DNA of 64,000 bases from an uncultured Actinomycetes bacterium. Lineage in GTDB: Bacteria; Actinomycetota; Thermoleophilia; UBA2241. The notes under the pieces were generated by a model. It was not told the origin of the DNA, searched no databases, and worked only from the letters and a program-made list of their open reading frames with translations. The stretch spans positions 224,001 to 288,000 of the forward strand of contig CAVRZA010000001.1 of assembly GCA_963725665.1 (NCBI GenBank), in the 5' to 3' direction. Every line of letters starts with the position of its first letter. Position 1 is the stretch's first letter. Shown one piece after another: positions 48,948-59,337 of the stretch. A program made the position numbers and the translations under genes.

Positions 48948-50132
48948 ATGACGGTGATCGCGCAGAGCGACGTCGTCTACGCCGACTATCAGTCGTCGAA
49001 GCCGGTCGACGCGCGCGTCGTCGAGGCGATGCTGCCGTACTTCGCGGAGACCTTCGGCAACGCCTCGGCGCTGCACGGTGTCGGCGACGTGGCCACGGCC
49101 GCCCTCGACGACGCGCGCGCCCGCGTCGCCGCCTTCTTCGGCGCCAAGCCCGAAGAGATCGTCTTCACTTCGGGTGCCACCGAGTCCAACAACCTCGCCA
49201 TCATCGGGTATGCGCTGCGCAACCGGCGCAAGGGCGACCACGTGCTGATCACCGAGGCCGAGCACATCTCGATCCTCAACATCGCCAAGTACTTGCAGAA
49301 GAACGGCTTCACCGTGACCCGTGTGCCCATCGACCTCTACGGTCGCGTGTCGCCCAAGAAGCTGCGCGCGCGCGTCACCGACGACACCATCCTGGTGTCG
49401 GTGGGCTGGGCGAGCAACGAGATCGGCACGCTGCAGCCGGTCGCCGAGATCGCCGAGATGCTCGAGGGCACGGGGATCGTGCTGCATAGCGACGCCGTCG
49501 CCGCCGAGGGCCTCGTGCCGCTCGACATGAGCGCCGTGCCGGTCGGCCTCATGAGCCTCTCGTCGAACGACCTCTACGGGCCACGCGGCCTGGGCGCGCT
49601 CTACGTGCGCAAGGGCGTGCAGCTCGCGCCGGTCACGATCGGCGGCGGCCAGGAGCGCGGGCTGCGCTCGGGCACCGAAGACCTCGCCTCGATCGCCGGC
49701 ATGGCCGCCGCCACCGACGTCATGGCGGCCGAGATGGCGACTGAGGTGGCGCATATCAGGGCCATCCGCGATCGTCTGGTGGAGCGGGTGCTCGACGAGA
49801 TCCCCGACTCGCACCTCAACGGCCACCCCACGGAGCGCTTGCCCAACAACGCGCACTTCCGCTTCGACGCGGTCGAAGGCGAGGCGATGGTGCTTTCGCT
49901 GCGCGACGCCGGCATCGCGGCGGCGACCGGCTCGGCCTGTAGCTCCAAGACCCTCGAGCCCTCGCATACCCTCCTCGCCACCGGCCTGTTGCACGAGGAG
50001 GCGCACGGCTCGCTCGAGTTCACCTTCGGGCGCTACAGCAAGGAGGAGGACGTCGAGCGCATCATGGACGCGCTGCCGGCGGTCGTGGCCCGGCTGCGCA
50101 GGCTGTCACCCCTCTATGCGGAGAAGGCCTGA
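48948..50132 (+). CDS. iscS: IscS/NifS-type cysteine desulfurase homolog lacking the PLP lysine (SSND)
   Basis: FGNAS, FTSGATESNN, NEIGT, GGGQE.GLRSGT and TGSACSS motifs; SSNDLYGP replaces SxHKxYGP. Confidence 0.9.
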   Translation: MTVIAQSDVVYADYQSSKPVDARVVEAMLPYFAETFGNASALHGVGDVATAALDDARARVAAFFGAKPEEIVFTSGATESNNLAIIGYALRNRRKGDHVLITEAEHISILNIAKYLQKNGFTVTRVPIDLYGRVSPKKLRARVTDDTILVSVGWASNEIGTLQPVAEIAEMLEGTGIVLHSDAVAAEGLVPLDMSAVPVGLMSLSSNDLYGPRGLGALYVRKGVQLAPVTIGGGQERGLRSGTEDLASIAGMAAATDVMAAEMATEVAHIRAIRDRLVERVLDEIPDSHLNGHPTERLPNNAHFRFDAVEGEAMVLSLRDAGIAAATGSACSSKTLEPSHTLLATGLLHEEAHGSLEFTFGRYSKEEDVERIMDALPAVVARLRRLSPLYAEKA

Positions 50133-50199
50133 GGGGCGGGCCTGGACGCGCGGCGACCTCGGACACTGACGACGAAACAAGTGGCGACAAGGACGGACG

Positions 50200-51009
50200 A
50201 TGAAATCGACCCAGTACACCGACAAGACCCTCGAGCACTTCCGTAACCCGCGCAACGTGGGCACCCTCGAGGGCCCCAACGTCGCCGTGGGCCGCGTGGG
50301 CAACCCGACCTGCGGCGACCTCATGGACATCTACATAGAGGTCGACGACGACCGCATCAAGGACATCAAGTTCCAGACCTTCGGCTGTGGATCCGCCGTG
50401 GCGACCTCGAGCATGATCACCGAGCTCGTCGTGGGCATGACGCTCGACGACGCCCTGAAGGTCTCGCGCGGCGACGTCGCCGACGCGCTCGACGGTCTGC
50501 CGCCGATCAAGATGCACTGCAGCAACCTGGCGGCCGACGCCCTGCACGAGGCGATCAAGAACTGGCGCGAAGGCGTCAAGCCGGAGGACGCGATGAAGAC
50601 GCCGGGCGGCACCGCCTGTCACCCGATCCCGGCGGCAGTGGCCGAGGTCGAGATCGCCCGACTCGACGAGTACGAGGGCAAGGGCCTGTACCGGCGGGTG
50701 AACGTGGAACAACTCAAGGACCTCGCCGACCAGCGCGTCGTCGTGCTCGACACCGGCGACCGCGCCGCCCAGCTCGCCATGGACCTCACGCAGCACACCG
50801 GCCGTGTCGTGCTGATGACCATCGGTAAGGAGCCGAGCGTGACGCCTGCCGTGCGCTCGGCTCTGCGCCTCAGCGACGTGAAGGTGCTGGGCGAAGCGCA
50901 GCCGCTCGAGCTGCTTGGCGAGGGCGAGCTCGAGCGCATCCGTGTGCACGACCTCAACGAGGACGAGGAATACGAGCTCACAGCCGACGCGTTCGTCGTG
51001 CTGAAGTAG
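50200..51009 (+). CDS. iscU: IscU/NifU Fe-S scaffold fused to a thioredoxin-reductase-like NAD(P)H-domain fragment
   Basis: HFRNPRN, GNPTCGD, FGCGSA and KMHCSNL; C-terminal part GKGL...DQRVVV..TGDRA...ADAFVV. Confidence 0.85.
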   Translation: MKSTQYTDKTLEHFRNPRNVGTLEGPNVAVGRVGNPTCGDLMDIYIEVDDDRIKDIKFQTFGCGSAVATSSMITELVVGMTLDDALKVSRGDVADALDGLPPIKMHCSNLAADALHEAIKNWREGVKPEDAMKTPGGTACHPIPAAVAEVEIARLDEYEGKGLYRRVNVEQLKDLADQRVVVLDTGDRAAQLAMDLTQHTGRVVLMTIGKEPSVTPAVRSALRLSDVKVLGEAQPLELLGEGELERIRVHDLNEDEEYELTADAFVVLK

Positions 51010-51145
51010 CATCGTCCCCGCGCTCGGCGACTCCCACTGCGGCGCGGCGCGTCGTCGTGCAGGGGACGGAGACTCGCCGAGTCGTGACGTGCCCTGCGCT
51101 CGTGCGGGTCGGCCGCGCGACGCGCGGCAGGTAGACTCTCTCCTC

Positions 51146-52045
51146 GTGACTTCTCGCAGCGCAGCCTCAGCCGAGGGCGGCCGGCGCGCAGCCGGCACGG
51201 CCGCCCTCATCGTAGTCGTCGTCGCCTTCTCGTTTCAGACGGGCTCGGCGTTGGCTACGCGCCTGATCGGGCACGTCGGCATCGTCGAGGCGGTGTGGCT
51301 GCGCACGGCCTTTGGTTTCGCGATCCTAGTCCTCGTGCAGCGTGGCGGCCTGCGCTGGCCGGAGCGGGGCCATCGGCTGGCCTTTGCCGCCCTCACCGTG
51401 TCGCTGGCGGCCATGAACCTGAGCTTCTACGGCGCCATATCGCAGGCCCCGCTCGGTGTCGTGGTGGCGGTGGAGTTCCTCGGCCCTCTCTCCGTCGCCG
51501 TGGCCGGTTCGCGCCGGCCGCTCGACTTCGCCTGGATCTCGCTGGCTGCTGTGGGCGTTGTGTTGCTCGCCGGACCCACGAGCTCGGTGAGCGCCCTCGG
51601 GCTGAGCTTGGCGCTATGTGCAGCGGCCTCGTGGGGGTTGTTCCTGGTCTTCGCCAAGCGCGCCGTGACGGCGATGGACCCGCTCCCGGTCGTTACTCTG
51701 ATGCTGGGGTGTTCGACCCTGCTGCTCACACCAGCGCTGGTCACGACAGACCCGTCGTCGATGCTCAACGGGACGGCGCTGCTGCTTGGCTTGGCGGTGG
51801 CGGTGCTCTCGTCGAGCTTCCCATACGTGCTCGAGCTCGTCGCCCTGCGGCTCGTGCGGGCCGCGACCTACGGCGTGTTCTTGAGCATCGAGCCCGCGGT
51901 CGCCGCGCTGACGGGCTTCGTCATCCTGTCGCAGCGCTTGAGCGTAGCCGAGTGGGCGGCCATCGCCGCCGTGGTGGCCGCCGCAGCCGGCTCGAGCTGG
52001 ACCAGCAAAGCCGGCAAGCAAGTCGCTGAGATAGCGGCGGTCTAG
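51146..52045 (+). CDS. EamA/RhtA-type DMT transporter
   Basis: MNLSFY, PLG..VAVEFLGPL, SSSFPY.LE and SIEPA motifs. Confidence 0.9.
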   Translation: MTSRSAASAEGGRRAAGTAALIVVVVAFSFQTGSALATRLIGHVGIVEAVWLRTAFGFAILVLVQRGGLRWPERGHRLAFAALTVSLAAMNLSFYGAISQAPLGVVVAVEFLGPLSVAVAGSRRPLDFAWISLAAVGVVLLAGPTSSVSALGLSLALCAAASWGLFLVFAKRAVTAMDPLPVVTLMLGCSTLLLTPALVTTDPSSMLNGTALLLGLAVAVLSSSFPYVLELVALRLVRAATYGVFLSIEPAVAALTGFVILSQRLSVAEWAAIAAVVAAAAGSSWTSKAGKQVAEIAAV

Positions 52046-52061
52046 GCGCCGGCAGGCTGGA

Positions 52062-52241
52062 CTATGCCGCGCTGCTCTGCGAGCTTGGCCAGGCTGTCTC
52101 ACGTCGATCGAGCTCGGCCTCGACGTCGTCGAGCTCGTCGCGGAGGCTGTCTATCAGTTGGCGCAGGTCTTCGGCCCGTGCCAGCAGTTGGTCGATCGTC
52201 ATCGCCGCAGGCTCACTCAGCCCGCTGTGCGCGTCTGTCAT
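52062..52241 (-). CDS. Small hypothetical coiled-coil protein
   Basis: GGAGG RBS; MTDAH...LRQLIDSLRDELDDVEAELDRR. Confidence 0.55.
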   Translation of the reverse strand: MTDAHSGLSEPAAMTIDQLLARAEDLRQLIDSLRDELDDVEAELDRRETAWPSSQSSAA

Positions 52242-52393
52242 GGGACCCTCCAAACGCATCGGGGCCGGCCGGCCCCGGTCGCCAGGAATGATGACAGGCG
52301 GGGCGGACGGAACCCTCTGCCGGTTGGCGCGACGGATCGGCGTGCACGTCGCCTTGGAGGGCTCTGCCCACCGGCCGCCGGTACGAGGCTGAC

Positions 52394-54116
52394 CTAACGA
52401 TCGCCCAGGCAGTAGAAGTAGCCGTCGCGGCAGCCGATGTACACGCGCCCCCGCCAGACGATGGGCGTCGACTCGAAGGAGCTGCCGCCCCTGAAGGTCG
52501 CGGTCTCGCTCACCTTGACGGTCCACCACTGGCCGTCGCGGCTGCGCAGCGCTCCGCGACGGCCCTCCTGCGATGGGGTGTAGGCGATGCGATAGAGGTG
52601 CACGCGATCGTCGTAGCCGGCGGCGACAAGGGCGCCGTCGGCGAAGATGGGCGTCGAGACGGAGGAGTTGAGCCAGTCTCTGAACACCTCGACCGGTGTG
52701 CGCAGGCCCGGCTCGAGGTTGGGTCCTTTGACATGCTTGGCGGCCAGCGTGTCTTGCGAGACGACGCGCGAGATAGCCGTCGATGCCGATGAAGGCGGCC
52801 AGCGGCGGGTAGCGGTCGGCGCCGCCGTACTCGTCGTTGACGGCGACCGAGCCGATCACCCCGCCGCGCCACTCACTCATCTTGCGGTTCCCAGTGGGGA
52901 AGAACCAGACGACGGAGCTCGCCGCCGGGCGACTCGGGTCGAGCAGGAGGACCCCGCCGTCGCCGGGGATGTACTGCTTCTCCACCGGCACGAGGAGCTT
53001 GCCGGTGCGTGTGGGCACCGTCGTGCCGTCGAGGTCGGAACCCGTCCTGTAGTCGAAGACCACGGTCAGGTCCGATCGGCGCAGCCCGTAGACGTGCCCC
53101 GCGCCCGACGAGATGAAGACGACGTCGCCCATGAGTGCCGGTGAGGCCTCGATGCAGAGGTTGGCGCCCTCCGGATGCGGCTTCTCTCTTGAAGCCGCAG
53201 CAGGGTCGCCGAGGAGGAGCCGGCGCTCGGAGGCGATCGGCTCCTCGTAGGTGGCGCCGACGACGGTCCACTTTTGGGTCGCGAATGGGTCGAGGCTGTA
53301 GAACCAGCCGTCTTCGAGGCCCATGTACTGGCGCCCGTCGATGAAGAACCCGCTCCCGTCGGCGTCGCGGCTGTAGGCGGCGGTGCGTGGCGCGGGCAGA
53401 CGCCAGACCTCGCGCCCGGAGCCGAAGGTCACCGCTCGGTAGGGCGCGATGGCGAGGTCGTCCAGCTTGGCGTCCGCGCCGCGGCGCGAACCGGCGATGA
53501 CAAGGTAACGGTCGTCCTGACTTGTCGGATGAGGGTTCGCGACGACGCTGGGGCTGCTCTTGATGACGTCGCCGAAGTCATAGCGCCAGACGACCTCGCC
53601 GGTTTCGGCGTCGACCTTGCGCAGATCGTGGTCGTAGCCGCCGATGAGCAGGTAGAGACGTCCGCCGTCGCGCACCAGGGCCGGCGTGCCCGTCCAGCCC
53701 GTGCCCGACCAGTACATCGCAGGGTCGTCGGAGAACCTGCCGGAGGTCCAGCCGCCACCGATACGCGTCTTCCAGATCACGTGGAGGTGCGTCGGCGCGG
53801 GGCCGACGCCGTAGAAGCGCCGCGACTCGGTGCCGAGGAAGGTGGCGAGCTTGATGCCGTCGCCGTCGGGGTTCACGGTGACCGCCGGCGAGCCGCCGCG
53901 CAACAGGGCGGCCGTGTCGACGGGGATCGCGTGGGGGCTGCCGCCTGCGCCTGGGCGCAGAACGAGCAACAGGGCTACCACCACGATGAGGACGAGGACG
54001 GCGAGGGCGGCGGCGCGGCGGCGCCTGATCAGGCGCCGCCGCGCCGCCGCCCTCCGCCGCCCGGCGGCGTCGCCCGGAGGGGCTTGCCGGCGCGGGGGGC
54101 GCGGCGCGTCAGCCAT
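52394..54116 (-). CDS. Membrane-anchored PQQ-like beta-propeller protein (frameshift near 52770)
   Basis: N-terminal TM segment; W.GTGWTG.P, VWRYDF.DVIKSSP and FESTPIVW.GRVYIGCRDG motifs. Confidence 0.82.
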
Positions 54117-54558
54117 CGTCGCGCCGCGCCCCCCGCGCCCGCGGCGGTCGCTTCTTGAGCAGCACCAACCGCTTCAGGTCTTCCACCTCGTCGGCGTCCT
54201 CCAGAGGCACGAAGAGCCAGCGCCCCTCGGGGTAGGGGTGGGCTTCCTCGATGGCGCGTCTGAAGGCCGTGCCGAGCGGCAGGGCGAGGGCGTCGTCGAC
54301 GAGCCTCGGCGCGAGGGTGATCTGCGCCGTGACGGCGCCCACTTGGGGGTAGAGCGCGAGGAGGCTCCTGCCTCCGACGCGGAACCAGAGCATCCAGCCG
54401 TAGCTCTTGCCGTAGAACTTGGCCTCGCCCGGACAGGCGTAGGTGTCGCGCATGAAGTCGCTCACCGCGCGCCAGAGCCCGGCCTTGTCGCCGACGACGC
54501 CCAGCATCTCGTCGAGCGACGGCGGTCGCGCTCTGTCCGCGAAAGCACTCAGTGCCAT
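54109..54558 (-). CDS. DUF3788-like protein
   Basis: FYGKSYGW, LALYP and EGRWL...L..LK motifs. Confidence 0.8.
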   Translation of the reverse strand: MALSAFADRARPPSLDEMLGVVGDKAGLWRAVSDFMRDTYACPGEAKFYGKSYGWMLWFRVGGRSLLALYPQVGAVTAQITLAPRLVDDALALPLGTAFRRAIEEAHPYPEGRWLFVPLEDADEVEDLKRLVLLKKRPPRARGARRDDG

Positions 54559-54787
54559 CCCGCCGGGATTCTACGGCACGCGGGGGAGGAAGGGGGAAGG
54601 CGTCTCGGTCGAGTGCGGAGCCGGGACTCTGATACGGTGAAGGCGACGGCGCCGCTCGCGGTGAGGGGCCTACGCTGCGGCAAGTAGTCGCGGGCCGGCG
54701 CGGGCGGTGTCGTGCGCTGTTTCAGGTCGTTGTACATGCCAACTACCTGAAACAGCCATAGCGGGCCACGACCCGTCGGAGGTGACG

Positions 54788-55978
54788 GTGGACTTCGACA
54801 AGCCGACCGAGCGCCGCGGCAGCGCCAGCTTCAAGTGGGACCTCTACCCCGAGGACGTGCTCCCCCTGTGGGTCGCCGACATGGACTTCGCCTCGCCGCC
54901 GCCGGTCATCGCCGCGCTCGCGGCGCGCGCCTCTCACGGCGTGTTCGGTTACTCCGTCGTGCCCGACTCGCTTGTCGATGCCGTCGTCGCTCATCTCGCG
55001 GCTCGTTACGGCTGGCGCATCGAGCCGCAGTGGCTCGTGTGGCTGCCGAGCGTGGTCCCCGGGCTCGAGCTCGTGTGCCGGGCCTTCGCCGCGGATGCGG
55101 AGGCGGTGATGACGGTGACGCCGGTCTACCCGCCGTTCCTCGAGGCGCCGCCTCATCAGGGACGGCGCCTCGTCACGGTGCCGGCACTCTTCGACGAGGC
55201 GCCGCCGCCGGTCGGGTCGTCAGAGGCGGCTTCTGTCAAACCGACGGGTGTTCCTCCGGCGACGTGCTGGCGGCTGCCGCTGGCGGACATGGCGGCGGCC
55301 TGCGCGCCGGACACGCGTGCGTTGCTCTTCTGCCACCCGCACAACCCGCTGGGACGGGTGTGGAGGAGGGACGAAGTCGAGGCGGTCGCCTCCTTCTGCC
55401 GCGAGCGCGGGCTCGTGCTCTGCTCCGACGAGATCCACTGCGACCTGCTGCTGGATCAGCTCGAGCACGTTCCGGCGGCGCTGCTCTCAGACGAGGTGGC
55501 CGAGATCACGGTCACGCTGATGTCGCCGAGTAAGACCTTCAACCTGCCGGGGCTCAACTTCGCCTTCGCGGTGATCCCCAACGAGGAGCTGCGGCGGCGA
55601 TTCGCGGCAGCCGGCGAAGGGCTGCTGCCCTTCCCCGGCTGCTTCGCCGTCGCCGCCGCGGAGGCCGCCTACCGCGAGGGCGGCCCGTGGCTGGCCGAGC
55701 TGCTCGAGTACCTGCGCGGCAACGCCGAGCTCGTCGAGTGCTTCGTGCGCGACGAGCTCCCCAACGTGACGATCACGCACGTCGAGGCGACCTACCTGGC
55801 CTGGCTCGACGTGCGCGCCGTCGGCTTGCCCGACCCCGGCGCGGCCTGCGTCCGCGCCGGGGTCGCTCTCTCCGACGGCGCCGCCTTCGGCGCGCCGGGC
55901 TTCCTGCGTCTGAACTTCGCCTGTCCCCGGCCGACCCTGCGCGAGGCGCTCTCGCGGCTGTGCGGCGCCCTGAGCTGA
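54788..55978 (+). CDS. PatB/MalY family C-S lyase (cystathionine beta-lyase)
   Basis: KWD, PLWVADMDF, HPHNP.GRVW, SDEIH, SPSKTFN and FLRLNFAC motifs. Confidence 0.92.
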   Translation: MDFDKPTERRGSASFKWDLYPEDVLPLWVADMDFASPPPVIAALAARASHGVFGYSVVPDSLVDAVVAHLAARYGWRIEPQWLVWLPSVVPGLELVCRAFAADAEAVMTVTPVYPPFLEAPPHQGRRLVTVPALFDEAPPPVGSSEAASVKPTGVPPATCWRLPLADMAAACAPDTRALLFCHPHNPLGRVWRRDEVEAVASFCRERGLVLCSDEIHCDLLLDQLEHVPAALLSDEVAEITVTLMSPSKTFNLPGLNFAFAVIPNEELRRRFAAAGEGLLPFPGCFAVAAAEAAYREGGPWLAELLEYLRGNAELVECFVRDELPNVTITHVEATYLAWLDVRAVGLPDPGAACVRAGVALSDGAAFGAPGFLRLNFACPRPTLREALSRLCGALS

Positions 55979-56151
55979 TCTCTCGCGCGCCGTCTTGGGT
56001 TGACGGCACTCGCCGGCGTCTTGGGCCAAAGGGCACGCGCGGCGTCCGCTCCCTTTGACGCCTGGGTGGACTTTCGCCAATACGGATTAGGTGACCTCTT
56101 CGTCGGGCAAGATGCGCCTGCACACGGGATGCTTCTCGAGGAGGACACGAC

Positions 56152-56301
56152 ATGATCCCGCTGCTCCTTCTGCTCATCGCGATCGCACTGGTGTTCGGTT
56201 TCGGCTTCGTGGCCAGGTGGCTCTTCATCATGGCCGCGATCCTGTTCGCGGTCTGGGTCATCGGGTTCTTCGTCGGCCGCAGACGGTGGTACCGCTGGTG
56301 A
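56152..56301 (+). CDS. Small hydrophobic membrane peptide (49 aa, ends RRRWYRW); absent from the ORF track
   Basis: GAGGAGG RBS; MIPLLLLLIAIALVFGFGFVARWLFIMAAILFAVWVIGFFVGRRRWYRW resembles actinobacterial 'hydrophobic proteins'. Confidence 0.8.
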   Translation: MIPLLLLLIAIALVFGFGFVARWLFIMAAILFAVWVIGFFVGRRRWYRW

Positions 56302-56309
56302 CCCGATTC

Positions 56310-56793
56310 ATGATGAGCATTGTCCCGGGCGGCTCCCGCGGGCCGGGACGGTCTTCCGCCACACCCGGTGACGACTTCGCGAACGTGACGTTGACCGGCC
56401 CCGTGGACCTGGCGGGGATGCGAGCCGTCGTCCGCCGGCTCTTGAGCGGTCACGGCGTCGACGAGGTCACGGTGGAGGAGATCGTCCTGGCGACACAGGA
56501 GGCGTCGAAGAACGCTCTGACGCTTCGCCAAGGGGCCGGATGCGTGTGCCTCCGTCACGCTGCATGTCGTCAGCGGCGAGGTGCTCGTGGAGGTGCTCGA
56601 CTGTGGCGGGGGCTTCGACGTGACGTGCGAAGGCATCGACGTGGCGCAGCCTCTCGACGAGCACGGCCGCGGCATCTTCCTCATGCGGCGCTTCATGGAC
56701 ACCCTGGAGGTCGTGCCGAACGGGGTCGGCTGTCTCGTGCGGATGACGAAACGGCTGGGACGGATCGACCTCACGGGGACGGGCGGAGCCTGA
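56310..56793 (+). CDS. RsbW-like anti-sigma / ATP-binding protein (frameshift near 56535)
   Basis: LATQEASKNA, EV.DCGGGF and EHGRGIFLM motifs. Confidence 0.8.
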
Positions 56794-56833
56794 CGCGCCG
56801 CGCGACGGCGGGCCGGCGGCGTGAGGCGATGAG

Positions 56834-58520
56834 TCAGAGCAGGCGGACGGCCTCGTCGCGCGCGAAGCGCGCCCACTCGGCCGGCCGCCCGTCGTCTTCG
56901 GCTCACGAGGCCGCGACCCTCTTCGCCGAGCTCCGCGATGACCGTCGCGGCGATGCCCGCGTCCTTCAGGGCGGCCAGGAGAGCATCGGTTTCCTCCGGG
57001 GCGCAACAGACGAGCAGGCTGCCCGAGCCGATGAGGCCGCGGGGGTCGGCCCCCAGCAGGTCGCAGATCCGTCTCGTCTCGGGGTAGACGGGTATCGAGG
57101 CGGGGTGCACGGTGACGCGCCGTCCGCAGGCGATACCGAGCTCCTCGAGAGCCGTGGCGAGCCCGCCCTCGGTCACGTCGTGCAGGGCGTGGACGCCTTC
57201 GAAGCCGACGGCCACGCGCGCCTCGGGAAGCACGCTGATGCGATCGAGAAAGCCGAGACAGACGTCGAGCTCGGCGTCGGTCATGCCCAGGTCTCGCAGC
57301 TTATCGCCCAGCTCGGCGGCGAGGAGCGCCGTACCCTCGACGGCGAGCGCCTTGGTGAGCAGCACGCGGTCGCCGGCGGCAGCGCCGCGCTTGTCGCGCA
57401 GATCGGCGCGCGCCAGCGTGCCGACCATGGTCGCGCTCACGAGGGGGCTGGCGATCACTTCGGTGACCTCGGTGTGGCCGCCGACCACGGCGATGCCGAG
57501 GTCGGCGGCCGCCGCGGCGATGCTGCCGAGCAGCGCGAGTGCCTGCGAGGAGGTGCTTCCCGCCGGCAGAAGGACGGTGGTGAGCAGCCAGCGGGGCAGC
57601 GCTCCCGAGGTGGCGATGTCGTTGGCGTTGACCAGGACGCTGTAGCGGCCCAGGTTGGCGCTGGTGAGGGTGATCGGGTCGCCGTGCACGACGATGACCT
57701 CGTCGCGCGACACGTCGATGGCGGCGACGTCCTCGCCGACGCCGGCCCCCACGATGACGGCCGGGTCGGGCGGCGCATCGGGGCCCGTCCCCCCGGTCAC
57801 GCGGCGCAGGTAGCTCGTCAGCAGGTCGTTGGGCAGCTTGCCCTGGGGCAGAGGAAGGCCGAGACGCACCACGTCGTCGACTTCGCCGAGCGAGCTCACG
57901 AGGAAGTCGGCGGCCGGCGGCGCTGCGTCGTCGTCCGGTCCCGGCGCCGCCGGCCGCGCCGGACCGCCGCTGTTCTCGAGGTAGACTGTCACCGCGCCGG
58001 CCGCCTCGCCCGCCTGCACGTCGAGGTGATAGTCGCCGACCATGAGCAGGCGGTCGGGCGCCACGCCCATGAGCTGCGCCGCGTGCAGTACGCCGTCGGG
58101 CGCCGGCTTGTGGGGCAGATCGTCGTCGCGCGTCACGATCACGTCGAAGTCGGCCGCGCGCAGCCCGACGCCGAGCTCCGCGAAGCGGGCGAAGACGGCG
58201 TCGACGGCCGCGCGGCCGCTGCGCGTGATGACACCGAGGCGCAGGCCGAGCCCGCGCAGGCGGCGCACGAGCTCCTCGGCGCCCGGGTTGGGCTCGGCCT
58301 GCGCCGCGCCCACAAGCTCGAACCGTTCGAGGGCGGCGAGCGCGGCCGCGCGCTCGCCGCCCTCCGGAAGCTCCAGGATGTACTCGAGCACGTAGATGTC
58401 GTCGGGGCACCCGACCTCGCGCCTGATGAGGGCGAAGTCGAGCGCCTCGGGACGCGTGAGCGTGCCGTCGAAGTCGAACAGCACTCCCTCGAGGCGGAAG
58501 GGTCGCGGAAGGATCTCCAT
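56834..58520 (-). CDS. HAD hydrolase fused to an AIR-synthase-like (PurM/HypE fold) domain (frameshift near 56900)
   Basis: FDFDGTL, KPAPDG and VGD motifs; then GKLP, GEDVA, NANDIA, GGHTEVT, HDVTEGG and terminal RDE. Confidence 0.85.
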
Positions 58521-58669
58521 TGTCACAGGATATCGAATCGCACACGGTGCGTGGCGACCGAGGGTGCCCGGGTGTGGCCGCTGGCCGATGCGAGGAGTAG
58601 AGTCCGTCGCGTGGCTGTTGAACGTTCAGTCAAGACCGCAAACGGCATGAGCGCCGTCGGGGATCTGCC

Positions 58670-59290
58670 GTGAAGCGTGAAGAACGCGCCACGCTGCGCC
58701 GGCGCGAGATGCTCGCCGCCTACAACCAGGTCCTCATCGAGGAAGGCCTGCGGGGCGCGTCGATCGCCAAGATCGCCAAGCGTCTCGGTGTGCCGCCCAG
58801 CCTGCTCATCCACTACTTCCACACCAAGGAGCAGATGACCATCGAGCTGGTCGACTACCTGCTCGAGGTCTACCACGAGACCTACGGCGACAAGCTCGCC
58901 GCCGTGCCCGATCCGCTGGAGCGTCTGCACGCCATCCTCGATGAGTTCTTCAGCCCCGAGTACCATCAGCTTCTCGACGATCGCTCCTTCTACGCGTGTT
59001 TTTACCTCAGCCTCACCCATCCCCGCGTGCGCGAGGCCTACGCGCGGCTGTACGAGCATTCCCTCGAGCTCGTCGAGACTGCGCTGCGCGAGACCATGGA
59101 GGCGGGGCGGATCCCACGGGACGACCCCCACGAGCTGGCCATGGTCGTGAAGGCTCTCGAGGAGGGCTACGCGTTCCTGATCGGCGGCGGCGCCGACGAG
59201 GGTGCCAAGGCCACACTGGGAGGGGTGCTCAAGGAGCGGGCGCTGCGGCAGCTGGGGCTGCCGCAGCGCCCGCGGCCAGAGACTCCGTAG
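58670..59290 (+). CDS. TetR/AcrR family regulator (BetI-like)
   Basis: EEGL.GASIAKIA..LGV...LLIHYF.TKE helix-turn-helix. Confidence 0.9.
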   Translation: MKREERATLRRREMLAAYNQVLIEEGLRGASIAKIAKRLGVPPSLLIHYFHTKEQMTIELVDYLLEVYHETYGDKLAAVPDPLERLHAILDEFFSPEYHQLLDDRSFYACFYLSLTHPRVREAYARLYEHSLELVETALRETMEAGRIPRDDPHELAMVVKALEEGYAFLIGGGADEGAKATLGGVLKERALRQLGLPQRPRPETP

Positions 59291-59302
59291 CGGGGCGCGA
59301 GA

Positions 59303-59337
59303 AGGGCGGGGCGCGCCGTAAAGGCGCGCCCCGCCCT
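59303..59337. terminator. 15-bp hairpin after tetR
   Basis: AGGGCGGGGCGCGCC-GTAAA-GGCGCGCCCCGCCCT. Confidence 0.65.

Noticed and set aside
51007-51100. TAG read-through extending the IscU-TrxR-like fusion
   Set aside because: Downstream codons (HRPRARRLPL...) do not continue TrxR similarity
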